Shown: positions 11,001 through 20,197 of the stretch, piece after piece
Layout: each line of letters begins with the position of its first letter
How positions within the stretch are numbered: position 1 is the first letter of the stretch
Source: Pseudomonadota bacterium
Lineage (GTDB): Bacteria > Desulfobacterota > Desulfobacteria > Desulfobacterales > RPRI01
Direction: 5' to 3'
Assembly: GCA_043825875.1 (NCBI GenBank)
Contig: JBDRRF010000084.1
Location: forward strand, 19,916 to 83,915
DNA: 64,000 bases
Notes under the pieces: generated by a model
What the model was told of the DNA's origin: nothing
The model's database searches: none
Seen by the model: the letters and a program-made list of their open reading frames with translations, nothing else
Program-made: the position numbers and the translations under genes

Positions 11001-13136
11001 GTGTTTAATATGTTGACCCGAATTTTCCCTTTTCTTGTGTGGTTTAAAAAATATAGTCTTGAAGCCTTTAAGATTGATGCAATCTCCGGATTGACAGTGG
11101 CTCTTGTACTTATTCCCCAGTCAATGGCATATGCGCAATTGGCCGGGTTACCCCCATATTACGGTTTGTATGCTTCATTCATTCCTCCCATGATTGCGGC
11201 ACTTTTTGGTTCAAGCCGACAACTTGCAACAGGTCCTGTGGCTGTTGTGTCTCTTATGACATCAGCATCACTGGAACCGCTGGCTACTTTAGGAAGTGAA
11301 GGTTTTATAGCATATGCAATCCTTCTGGCTCTTATGGTAGGTATTTTTCAGTTTTCGCTTGGAGTGTTTAGGCTAGGACTTGTTGTTAATTTCTTATCTC
11401 ATCCGGTTGTAAACGGTTTCACAAATGCTGCCGCGATTATTATTGCTTCTTCCCAGCTTTCAAAGATGTTTGGGGTAAGTGTGGATAATGCGGCGCATCA
11501 TTATGAAACTATAGCAAAAGTTATTAAATTTGCCATGAATTATACGCACTGGCCAACTTTGATAATGGGGGCATCAGCATTTATTGTTATGATTGTTTTA
11601 AAACGTTTTGCGCCCAAAGTTCCCAATGTGCTTGTAGCTGTTGGCATTGCAACGGTGGTATCATGGATGATCGGATTTAACTGTGACAAAACAGCCGACA
11701 TTACGTCTATTCAATCGGAAGAAACGATAGAATTAGTTGCAAATTATAATTTAGCCGTAGAAAACTCAAAAATTCTTGGTGAAGAGCGGACTAAAGCATT
11801 GACAGCTCTTGATGAAATTATAGAAAAAGGAGACCCCATAGCAGTTATTGATGCTCAAAGAGACGTTAGTATAATTGCAGCCAAGATAGATACTTTAAAA
11901 AAGGAAAGCCGTGTATATAAAGAAGATATAAGAAATCTTTTGTTTGCAGGAGTTAAACAGTCCGAAGAAAAGATGTTTTTTTATCTTAAGGAACAGGTTC
12001 CTGAAGGAGTTGAAACAGACGGACGCACCTGGCGTATCAAAGTGAAAAACAATACTCTGGATACAACCAAGCTTACAATGATAGGCGGAGGCGCTATTGT
12101 CGGAACAATACCGGAAGGGATCCCTAAATTTTCCATACCTGCGATAAATTTTAAAGTTATGATGAAACTTTTCCCATTTGCAGCAATTATCTCACTACTT
12201 GGTTTCATGGAAGCTATATCAATTGCAAAAGCGATGGCGGCAAAAACAGGACAAAGGCTTGATCCCAATCAGGAACTGATAGGGCAAGGACTTGCAAATA
12301 TTTTGGGTTCATTTACAAGCGGGTATCCCGTTTCAGGATCATTTTCAAGATCGGCGGTTAACCTTTCGTCCGGTGCAGTGACGGGTTTATCCAGTGTTTT
12401 CACCAGCCTGACAGTATTAATAACGCTTATGTTTTTTACCCCGCTTCTTTACTATCTTCCTCAGTCAGTTCTTGCTGCGGTTATAATGATGGCGGTTATA
12501 GGCCTTATAAATGTTTCCGGTTTCATTCACAGTATGAAGGCAAAATGGTATGACGGTACAATTTCAATTATATCTTTTATCTGCACATTGGCCTTTGCTC
12601 CACATCTTGACAAGGGTATTATGGTTGGTGTTGTTTTGTCTTTATGTGTTTTTCTGTATAATAGCATGAGGCCGAAAGTGGCTTCATTATCACGACATGA
12701 TGATGAAGCTTTACGCGATTCAACGGTTTTTGGACTTAAACAATGCCATCATATAGATATGGTTCGTTTCGATGGGCCGCTCTTTTTTGCAAACGCAAGT
12801 TACCTTGAAGACCAAATCACAGAACGTCTTATGAATAAAAAGGAGCTTAGACATATTGTGATAGTTTGTAATGGTATAAATGATATTGACGCTTCGGGTG
12901 AAGAAACTTTATCATTGGTAGTTGACAGGACAAGAAGCGGAGGAGTCGACATTTCATTTTCTGGTGTTAATGAAACTGTGATGAAAGTGTTTAAAAGGAC
13001 GCACCTGATAGAAAAGATAGGTGAAGATCACATATATCCTACTATGGAAAAGGCTGTATGCTCGGTTTATGATGAAACACATACTGATAATAAGGAAGAT
13101 ATGTGTCCACTGCAAACTGTTTGCCGTATTGCCTGA
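11001..13136 (+). CDS. sulP: SulP/SLC26 anion transporter with STAS domain
   Basis: GLTVALVLIPQSMAYA, GLY, FGSSRQL, NQELIGQG, GSFSRS and STAS (FDGPLFFAN, DIDASG). Confidence 0.93.
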   Translation: MFNMLTRIFPFLVWFKKYSLEAFKIDAISGLTVALVLIPQSMAYAQLAGLPPYYGLYASFIPPMIAALFGSSRQLATGPVAVVSLMTSASLEPLATLGSEGFIAYAILLALMVGIFQFSLGVFRLGLVVNFLSHPVVNGFTNAAAIIIASSQLSKMFGVSVDNAAHHYETIAKVIKFAMNYTHWPTLIMGASAFIVMIVLKRFAPKVPNVLVAVGIATVVSWMIGFNCDKTADITSIQSEETIELVANYNLAVENSKILGEERTKALTALDEIIEKGDPIAVIDAQRDVSIIAAKIDTLKKESRVYKEDIRNLLFAGVKQSEEKMFFYLKEQVPEGVETDGRTWRIKVKNNTLDTTKLTMIGGGAIVGTIPEGIPKFSIPAINFKVMMKLFPFAAIISLLGFMEAISIAKAMAAKTGQRLDPNQELIGQGLANILGSFTSGYPVSGSFSRSAVNLSSGAVTGLSSVFTSLTVLITLMFFTPLLYYLPQSVLAAVIMMAVIGLINVSGFIHSMKAKWYDGTISIISFICTLAFAPHLDKGIMVGVVLSLCVFLYNSMRPKVASLSRHDDEALRDSTVFGLKQCHHIDMVRFDGPLFFANASYLEDQITERLMNKKELRHIVIVCNGINDIDASGEETLSLVVDRTRSGGVDISFSGVNETVMKVFKRTHLIEKIGEDHIYPTMEKAVCSVYDETHTDNKEDMCPLQTVCRIA

Positions 13137-13157
13137 TTATAAAAAAAGGAGGTACTT

Positions 13158-14387
13158 ATGTCTGTAATTACTATTTTTAGCGGCACCTTCTGTGAAGAAG
13201 AATCTGTTGTTGAAAAAGTGCTTACATCAACAGGATTTAAGCTGATAACAGATGATGATATTGTTAATAAAGCAAACAGGCTTTCAGGTATAGCTGCGAA
13301 CAAGCTAAAAAAAGCTTTTTTGGCCAAAGAGTCTGTTTTTAATAATTTTACGCATGAAAAAGAACTTTCTAACGCATGGCTTAAACTTGCCGTTGCCGAA
13401 AGCATTTCCGAAGATAAGCTTCTTCTATCAGGCTTTGCAGGCCAGCTTGTTCCTAAAGTAATCAGTCATGTCTTAAAAGTATGTATTATTGCCGAAATGA
13501 AGTTTAGAATATCTAATGCAATCATGGAGCAAAAGATTTCTGAAAAAGAAGCGGCAAGGCTTATTCATAAACAGGATGAAGACAGGCTTGTATGGATAAA
13601 CACTCATTTTAAAAAAAATGACCCCTGGGATTCTTCATTATACGATTTAGTTGTTCCTATGGATAAGATGCTGCTGGAAAAGGCGGTTTCTCTTATAGTT
13701 GAAAATGCCGGAAAAGATGTTGTAAAACCTACAGAGCTTTCCCGAAAATCCGTTGTGGATTTTCTCCTTGCTTCTCAGGTTGAAGTAAAACTGGCAACGG
13801 AGGGACACAATGTTGATGCTGTTGCAAAAGACGGTGAGGTAACCATAATAGTAAATAAGCATGTTTTTCTCCAGAGTAAACTTGAGGAAGAGCTAAAAAG
13901 TATAGCCGACAAAGTACAAGGCGTAAAGTCTGTTGAAACTAAGTTTGGAGAAGGTTACTACCAGACGGATATTTACCGTAAGTATGATTTTAAAATGCCG
14001 TCTAAAGTATTACTCGTTGATGATGAACGTGAATTTGTACAAACTTTGTCTGAACGTCTCATCATGCGTGATATGGGTTCAGTAGTGGCATATGACGGTG
14101 AATCTGCTCTAACTATGGTTTCGGAAGACGAGCCGGAAGTAATGATTTTGGATCTTAAGATGCCTGGAATAAACGGTATAGAAGTACTGGAACGTGTAAA
14201 GAAGGATAATCCTGATATTGAAGTAATAATTCTTACAGGACATGGTACTGATGCAGACAGGGATATATGTATGAATCTTGGCGCATTTGCATACCTACAG
14301 AAGCCAGTGGATATTGAGATATTGAGTGATACCTTGAAAAAAGCAAATGATAAGATCAGGCTAAAGAAAGCTTCTGAAGCGAAATAG
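13158..14387 (+). CDS. Response regulator with N-terminal cytidylate-kinase-like domain and BON-like segment
   Basis: N-terminal VITIFSG and DRL...DPWD...YDLVV patterns. C-terminal receiver VLLVDDE...LDLKMPG...LTGHG...KP. Confidence 0.75.
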   Translation: MSVITIFSGTFCEEESVVEKVLTSTGFKLITDDDIVNKANRLSGIAANKLKKAFLAKESVFNNFTHEKELSNAWLKLAVAESISEDKLLLSGFAGQLVPKVISHVLKVCIIAEMKFRISNAIMEQKISEKEAARLIHKQDEDRLVWINTHFKKNDPWDSSLYDLVVPMDKMLLEKAVSLIVENAGKDVVKPTELSRKSVVDFLLASQVEVKLATEGHNVDAVAKDGEVTIIVNKHVFLQSKLEEELKSIADKVQGVKSVETKFGEGYYQTDIYRKYDFKMPSKVLLVDDEREFVQTLSERLIMRDMGSVVAYDGESALTMVSEDEPEVMILDLKMPGINGIEVLERVKKDNPDIEVIILTGHGTDADRDICMNLGAFAYLQKPVDIEILSDTLKKANDKIRLKKASEAK

Positions 14388-14441
14388 CGAGCGTAGCCTC
14401 GTTGCTTTTGGCAAAAATTAGTGAGATAACCTAAACGATCG

Positions 14442-14471
14442 AAACTTTCCGCTGTTTTCAGCGGAAAGTTT
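14442..14471 (+). terminator. Rho-independent terminator
   Basis: AAACTTTCCGCTG-tttt-CAGCGGAAAGTTT, followed by T/A tract. Confidence 0.75.
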
Positions 14472-14540
14472 TAATAAAATAATTGATTTATGCTATTATA
14501 TACAAAAAATACTGTTCAATAAATCAGATTTGGACATCTT

Positions 14541-16298
14541 ATGTCTATTCTTGAAAATTTAAAACCGAAATTCTGGAATTACAGTGATGTGGCCGCAGGC
14601 CCGCACAAGCATCTTTTCAACTTCAGGCGTATGTGGAAGATCGCGGTTTTGGTAATATCTATGGTAGCGATAATACCACTGGTTTCGATTACACTCATAG
14701 ATTATAAAGTAACCCAGCATGCGGTAGAAACTGATTCTTTATTGCGTACAGCCCGTCTTGTTTCAAATACCTGGCGCACAGTTTCGTTTTTTCTTGTAGA
14801 GCGAAGAGCGGCCCTTGATTTTGTTGTACGGGATAATAGCTTTAATTCATTGTGTGATGCAAAAAGGCTTTCCGAAATCCTGAATAATCTGAAAAAGGGA
14901 TTTGGAGGTTTCATTGATATCGGTGTAATTGATTCAAACGGGATGCAAAGAGCCTATGCCGGACCCTATAAACTGCAAGGTATAAATTACCGGGGCCAGA
15001 GCTGGTTTCAGGATGTAACCAACAAGGGAGTTAATATAAGCGATGTTTTCATGGGGTTCAGGCGTACCCCGCATATAGTTATTGCGGTCAGACACAACCT
15101 TTCCAAAGAGTCTTTTTTTATTCTTCGTGCAACAATAGATACCGACAAATTTAATGATCTTTTATCCCAGCTTGAGGTAAGCGGTCAGGGGGATTCTTTT
15201 CTTATAAATAAAGAAGGAGTTCTCCAGACACCTTCAAGAGATTATGGCAAGGTTTTGGATAAGATGCCTTTGCCAGTTCCTGAATTTTTCCAACACACCC
15301 GTGTTTATGAACAAACTTACCAGGACAAAGCGCTTGTAATAGGATATGATTACATTGTTGACACTCCTTTTATCCTGATGATTGTAAAACAAAAAGCCGA
15401 ACTGATGAAGCCGTGGCAAAAAACCCGACTGCAACTCATCGGGTTTCTTATTGCAAGCATAAGTGTTATAGTAGTTGTAATTTTAAGTGTTGCCACATAC
15501 CTTGTAAACAGGATACTTCTTGCCGATCAGAAGCGTATTATGACTTTGCACGAGGTTGAATATTCGAATAAAATGGCTTCTATCGGAAGACTTGCCGCCG
15601 GAGTGGCGCATGAAATTAATAACCCTCTTGCGGTTATAAATGAAAAAGTCGGGCTTATTAAAGATATGCTCACATTAAAAGGCGAGCTTAAAGAAAATAA
15701 AAGATTAATTGAGCTTTCCAACTCGGCCCTTTATTCTGTAGACAGATGCGGGACAATTACAAAGCGCCTGTTAAATTTCGCTCGTCATCTTGACGTAAAA
15801 ATACAAGAAGTAAATATTGGTGAAGTTATAAAAGATGTTCTAGGGTTTCTTGCCAAAGAAGCAGACTACAGGTCTATACAAGTTTCAATCCAGGTTTCCT
15901 CCGATATTCCTTTATTTGAAAGTGACAGAGGAAAACTTCAACAAATATTTCTAAACATTGTAAACAATGCATTTGCAGCCGTTAAAGACGGCGGTGAAAT
16001 TGTTATTACCGCAAAGCGCGAAGGGACTGATTTGATTTCAGTAACTTTTACAGATAATGGCCAGGGTATTCCAAAATCGGATATAGAAAGAGTGTTTGAA
16101 CCGTTTTTTTCGACCAAAACTAAACAGGGAGGAACGGGGCTTGGTCTTTCCATAACTTACGGGCTTGTACAGGAATTGGGCGGAAGTATAGGCGTTCAGA
16201 GTGAAGAGGGTAAAGGAACAAGTTTTGTTGTAACCCTTCCGCTTAAGATGGAGAAGAAGGAGGGAAAAGACAGTGAAAATCTTGCTAGTAGACGATGA
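14541..16298 (+). CDS. Cache-domain sensor histidine kinase
   Basis: Two TMs, H-box AHEINNPL, N-box NIVNNA, DNGQG and GTGLGL. Confidence 0.93.
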   Translation: MSILENLKPKFWNYSDVAAGPHKHLFNFRRMWKIAVLVISMVAIIPLVSITLIDYKVTQHAVETDSLLRTARLVSNTWRTVSFFLVERRAALDFVVRDNSFNSLCDAKRLSEILNNLKKGFGGFIDIGVIDSNGMQRAYAGPYKLQGINYRGQSWFQDVTNKGVNISDVFMGFRRTPHIVIAVRHNLSKESFFILRATIDTDKFNDLLSQLEVSGQGDSFLINKEGVLQTPSRDYGKVLDKMPLPVPEFFQHTRVYEQTYQDKALVIGYDYIVDTPFILMIVKQKAELMKPWQKTRLQLIGFLIASISVIVVVILSVATYLVNRILLADQKRIMTLHEVEYSNKMASIGRLAAGVAHEINNPLAVINEKVGLIKDMLTLKGELKENKRLIELSNSALYSVDRCGTITKRLLNFARHLDVKIQEVNIGEVIKDVLGFLAKEADYRSIQVSIQVSSDIPLFESDRGKLQQIFLNIVNNAFAAVKDGGEIVITAKREGTDLISVTFTDNGQGIPKSDIERVFEPFFSTKTKQGGTGLGLSITYGLVQELGGSIGVQSEEGKGTSFVVTLPLKMEKKEGKDSENLASRR

Positions 16299-16638
16299 GA
16301 AAGAGCTGGTATCAACTCTTGCTGAACGCCTCACTTTAAGGGATATTGAGGCGGATTGGGTTACCAGTGGAGATGCCGCTATAAAAAAATGTGAAACCAA
16401 AACATATGATATAGCTGTTCTTGATATCAAGATGCCTAAAATTGGTGGAATTGAACTTAAGAAAAAACTGGATTCAAAGAATCCCGGTTTGAAATATATT
16501 TTTATAACAGGCCACGGATCTGAAGATGATTATATGACAGCATGTGGCGAAACAGGGGCCGAATATTATCTTGTAAAACCAGTTAATATTGATGATCTTA
16601 TAGTAAAAATGAACGATGTTATGCTAAAAAAGGCGTAG
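16273..16638 (+). CDS. Single-domain response regulator
   Basis: LLVDDE, LDIKMP, ITGHG and KP. Confidence 0.92.
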   Translation: MKILLVDDEKELVSTLAERLTLRDIEADWVTSGDAAIKKCETKTYDIAVLDIKMPKIGGIELKKKLDSKNPGLKYIFITGHGSEDDYMTACGETGAEYYLVKPVNIDDLIVKMNDVMLKKA

Positions 16639-16646
16639 GTGTAATA

Positions 16647-17297
16647 TTGGTATCAAAAATGGGTATAAATGGTGAAAATGCCCTTAAATTTTTTGGGAAT
16701 ATGACGGCATCGATTTCTCATGAAGTAAAAAACGTGCTTGCGATTATCAATGAAAATGCCGGTCTTCTAGGGGATCTTTGTATAATGGCTGAAAAGGGGC
16801 TTCCTATTGATCCGGGCCGCATTAAAGCCGCTGCGGAAAAAGTAATAAAGCAGGTTCAACGTGGCGATATAATTATAAATAGGCTTAACAAATTCGCCCA
16901 CAGTGTTGATGAGCCGGATTGCGATTATAATGTTAACGATCTGCTTGTTTTTGTTTCGGAACTTTCCGAAAGAATTGCTTTGATGAGCGGGATTAAACTT
17001 GAAACCAATAGAACTACAGACCCTGTTATTATAAATACCAATCCCTTTTTATTTGAAACTCTTATATGGTTTTTTCTTGATTATGCCATGAATGTCGTTG
17101 TTGGAAAAGAAAAAACCATTTGTATTACAGCTGAAAAAAATTACGATAATGTTGTTATAACTTTTTCCAAATTAAAAGGACTTTCCGGAATTCAAGCAGA
17201 TGAATTTCCAGGAGAGCGTGAAAAATCCCTTCTTACCGCCCTGAATGGAATAACAGCAATTGATGCTGATTCAGAAAAGATAATGATAAAATTATAA
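16647..17297 (+). CDS. Sensor-less HisKA protein with degenerate ATPase domain (putative phosphotransferase)
   Basis: H-box SISHEVKNVLAIINE present. N, G1, F and G2 boxes not recognisable. Confidence 0.65.
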   Translation: MVSKMGINGENALKFFGNMTASISHEVKNVLAIINENAGLLGDLCIMAEKGLPIDPGRIKAAAEKVIKQVQRGDIIINRLNKFAHSVDEPDCDYNVNDLLVFVSELSERIALMSGIKLETNRTTDPVIINTNPFLFETLIWFFLDYAMNVVVGKEKTICITAEKNYDNVVITFSKLKGLSGIQADEFPGEREKSLLTALNGITAIDADSEKIMIKL

Positions 17298-17380
17298 CCC
17301 CTTGTTTCAACCCCATGTCAGCCGTTTTCTAAATCATATTTTTTGGTCTAAATACAGATTTCTTATAAAATCATAAAAAC

Positions 17381-17413
17381 TACAGGCCTCCCGGTTAAAA
17401 AAGGAGACCTGTA
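17381..17413. terminator. Hairpin between convergent genes
   Basis: TACAGGCCTCC...GGAGACCTGTA. Confidence 0.55.
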
Positions 17414-17458
17414 TTGATATTGAACAATTTAAAATATTAATTGGATGTGACGGGTTAG

Positions 17459-18145
17459 TTAGTGTTCAAGCCTTAAGCCCCAACCTTCAAACATAAACAT
17501 GATACCAAAGCCATACCACATTGTGTAAATAACATAAAATACGAGGGAGAAAACGACCATACCAGCTTTTTCTGAAATCTTTTGCGGAACTATTTTATAG
17601 TAATTATAAGAGCATTCAACTCCCTTTTTTGTTATGGAAGAAACAAGTTTCATTTCCTTGAATTTTTTCTGTTTGCCAAGCTCTTCCTGCATCAGCTTTA
17701 AAGCTGAATGCCAGTTAAACATTATCTTTCTTTCATTATAGGCGTATTTTTCAGTAAGCATTTCTCCTTTGTTGTTAAACATATTATCAGCATCTTCAAG
17801 ACAGTTTCCCAAAATCTTATTCAAATTACCATTGATGCTTAATTGAGTTCCTGACACATTTGCTTCAGCGCCTCCTTTTATAAAAAGAAGGGCTGTTTCC
17901 TCTGCCTGCTTAGGTTCTTTCATTTCCAAAATCACGGAAATCGAATCATTATTGTATGTTTCGAGTTCACTTTTAAGTTTGGGTATGTAGTAGGCCGAGC
18001 CTTTTGATATGGTATTATATAGTGAATCAAGGTAATTTAAAGCATTTTTACCTTCGAATATGGGGCAAAACATAATTGCCAGAACAACAAAAAAGGCAAC
18101 CAGCAACCCAACACCGCCGTAAAACTCTTTTTTATCTGCTATCAT
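17459..18145 (-). CDS. Hypothetical membrane protein (two terminal TMs), partner of TauE
   Basis: 228 aa, 1 bp downstream of tauE, hydrophobic termini. Confidence 0.75.
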   Translation of the reverse strand: MIADKKEFYGGVGLLVAFFVVLAIMFCPIFEGKNALNYLDSLYNTISKGSAYYIPKLKSELETYNNDSISVILEMKEPKQAEETALLFIKGGAEANVSGTQLSINGNLNKILGNCLEDADNMFNNKGEMLTEKYAYNERKIMFNWHSALKLMQEELGKQKKFKEMKLVSSITKKGVECSYNYYKIVPQKISEKAGMVVFSLVFYVIYTMWYGFGIMFMFEGWGLRLEH

Positions 18146-18146
18146 T

Positions 18147-19436
18147 TTATAAAGCCTCCTCTCCTTTGAGCTTTTTAATATTTTTGAAGAAGGTGCTTAT
18201 AACCCATACAGCAAAAAAGCCGATTACAATGAAAAATAAAACATTTCCGATCATATCGAGTATTTTGCAGGTATCTTTTGACAGGGTAATAAGCTTTATA
18301 TCCGCAAGTTTACCGGGAAGAGCAAAAAAACGGTTGCTAAACCCAGCCAGCACAGCCATTGCATAAAAACCTCTTATTGTTATACCTTTTACAACTTTGG
18401 TTGCCATGGCTCCAACCTGTATTCCTAAAAGAGAGCCGAGCAGCATTCCCATTGCAAGAGTGTAGAAAATAAACCCGTAAATTGCATACTGGCTTATTGC
18501 GGCATATCCTGCTGTAAAAATAATCTGGAAGACATCAGTTCCAACTGTTGTAAGAGAAGATACCCCAAGAACATATACGAAGACCGGAAAAGTTAAAAAA
18601 CCGCCACCAACACCCATGATAGCTGCACAAAAACCTACAAGAGCTCCGCTTAATACAAGAAAAAGAGCTGATATTTTGCGCCCTCCGGGGACAAGACCTT
18701 CATCGAAAGTAATCATCGGAGGAATATTATATGACTGAATTTTCTGTGGAAGATTTCCAAGCTCCATTCCTTCGGAATCTCCTCCACCATGGGCATCTCC
18801 TCCGGCACTTGGCGATTTTCTTGCCTGGAGAAAATCATAAAGAGAATATACCCCAAGTATACCGAGCATAAGAACATATATTATTGTGATAAAAGCGTCA
18901 CTCAATATAGGATTTATATCATATATGACACGGTTTATCACACCTCCTGTTGTTGCCCCGGCAACGGCGCCTATTATAAATATCAGACCCAGAGCCACTG
19001 AAATATTGCCAAGTTTTCTGTGAATAACCGATCCCATAATTGCTTTGGCAAAGATATGAAAAAGGTCGGTTCCTACAGCAAGAATACCTTTTATTCCGGC
19101 GCTCATAAGTGCCGGCGCAATTATAAAGCCTCCACCTGCTCCAATACATCCTGTAATCAGGCCGGCACATATGCCTATAAGTATTGATGCGATAAAGATA
19201 GTTGGCGTGAAAAAAGCCGGGCTATAGGCGGTTTTCCCTCCCAAAAATTCCGGAAGAGCTTCTCCCAACGGTTCTGCAAATGCAAAACCGCCAAGAATAA
19301 TTGGTATAATTAACAAACCCAGTATCACAAGTCTTTTTTTATCTCTTAGAATTACATTTGAGATATCAAGTTCCCATTTTGCGTGGGCTCGTGCGCCCAT
19401 CATCATAAATTTTCCCCATTGCTTGAAAAAATTCAT
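18147..19436 (-). CDS. TauE/SafE family permease
   Basis: Duplicated GxxGxGGGF and (A/T)VGTD motifs, multi-TM. Confidence 0.9.
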   Translation of the reverse strand: MNFFKQWGKFMMMGARAHAKWELDISNVILRDKKRLVILGLLIIPIILGGFAFAEPLGEALPEFLGGKTAYSPAFFTPTIFIASILIGICAGLITGCIGAGGGFIIAPALMSAGIKGILAVGTDLFHIFAKAIMGSVIHRKLGNISVALGLIFIIGAVAGATTGGVINRVIYDINPILSDAFITIIYVLMLGILGVYSLYDFLQARKSPSAGGDAHGGGDSEGMELGNLPQKIQSYNIPPMITFDEGLVPGGRKISALFLVLSGALVGFCAAIMGVGGGFLTFPVFVYVLGVSSLTTVGTDVFQIIFTAGYAAISQYAIYGFIFYTLAMGMLLGSLLGIQVGAMATKVVKGITIRGFYAMAVLAGFSNRFFALPGKLADIKLITLSKDTCKILDMIGNVLFFIVIGFFAVWVISTFFKNIKKLKGEEAL

Positions 19437-19600
19437 ATTCTTTATGCTCCTTTTTACTTATTATTGAATAAATCCACTAAAATTATATAACTTTGCGTAG
19501 AAGTTGCTTTATAAAGAATTATTCAGTCTAAATATCTAATTAAGCTTAAGCTGCCCGTATTTTCTAAAAAAAAATTGTACTTAACAATCAAAAATGAAAA

Positions 19601-19615
19601 GCAAAATGCATACCA
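19601..19615 (-). promoter_or_regulatory. sigma54 -24/-12 promoter for the tauE operon
   Basis: Minus strand TGGTATGCATTTTGC (GG-N10-GC), 165 bp upstream of the tauE start. Confidence 0.7.
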
Positions 19616-19858
19616 TAAAACTTATATGTTTATATGTTAATAAAGCCATTATGCAAATAATTACAGTACTATACAATAAAGAAAGCAAAAACGATGGAAA
19701 TATATAAAAACAGGCAGTCAAACCGAGTCAATGGTTTATATATTTAAATATATAGATTAATATACATATAAATCATGAATAAAATAACAATAAAATTATG
19801 TTTCATGTATCCGAAATGTAATCGGCAGTGCATTTGTGGATCAGTTAAGATAAAAAAC

Positions 19859-19898
19859 ATGTCAGGATTTTTTACAATCTGTAAAGGATAATATTTCA
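19859..19898 (-). promoter_or_regulatory. Putative enhancer (bEBP binding site)
   Basis: Reverse complement is 30/40 identical to 25965-26004 and includes TGT-N11-ACA. Confidence 0.6.
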
Positions 19899-20197
19899 TA
19901 TTCTATAGCAAGAGCTCTGTTTTGCAAGATAAAGTAACAGATAAAGTATGCACTCGTGAATAATATAAAATAATGTTGTTTTCTTAGCTGCTTGTTTTAT
20001 ATTTATAGAAAAATCATTGCTGTTTAACTCTGTTCACAGCTAAAAATCTTTAGAATTATTTAAATATATTGAATACTCTATAAGCACAGGCATACATTTG
20101 GCATATCAAAACTTACGCAAATATTTTCGAATTGAAACATTACGCTCCATGATGTAGAGTCAAAAAACTACCATTTTAACTTTATTATTAAAGTATT

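Noticed and set aside
20088..20102. sigma54 box AGGCATACATTTGGC upstream of 20198
   Set aside because: Spacing is right but the -12 element is TGGC rather than TTGC, too weak to call.
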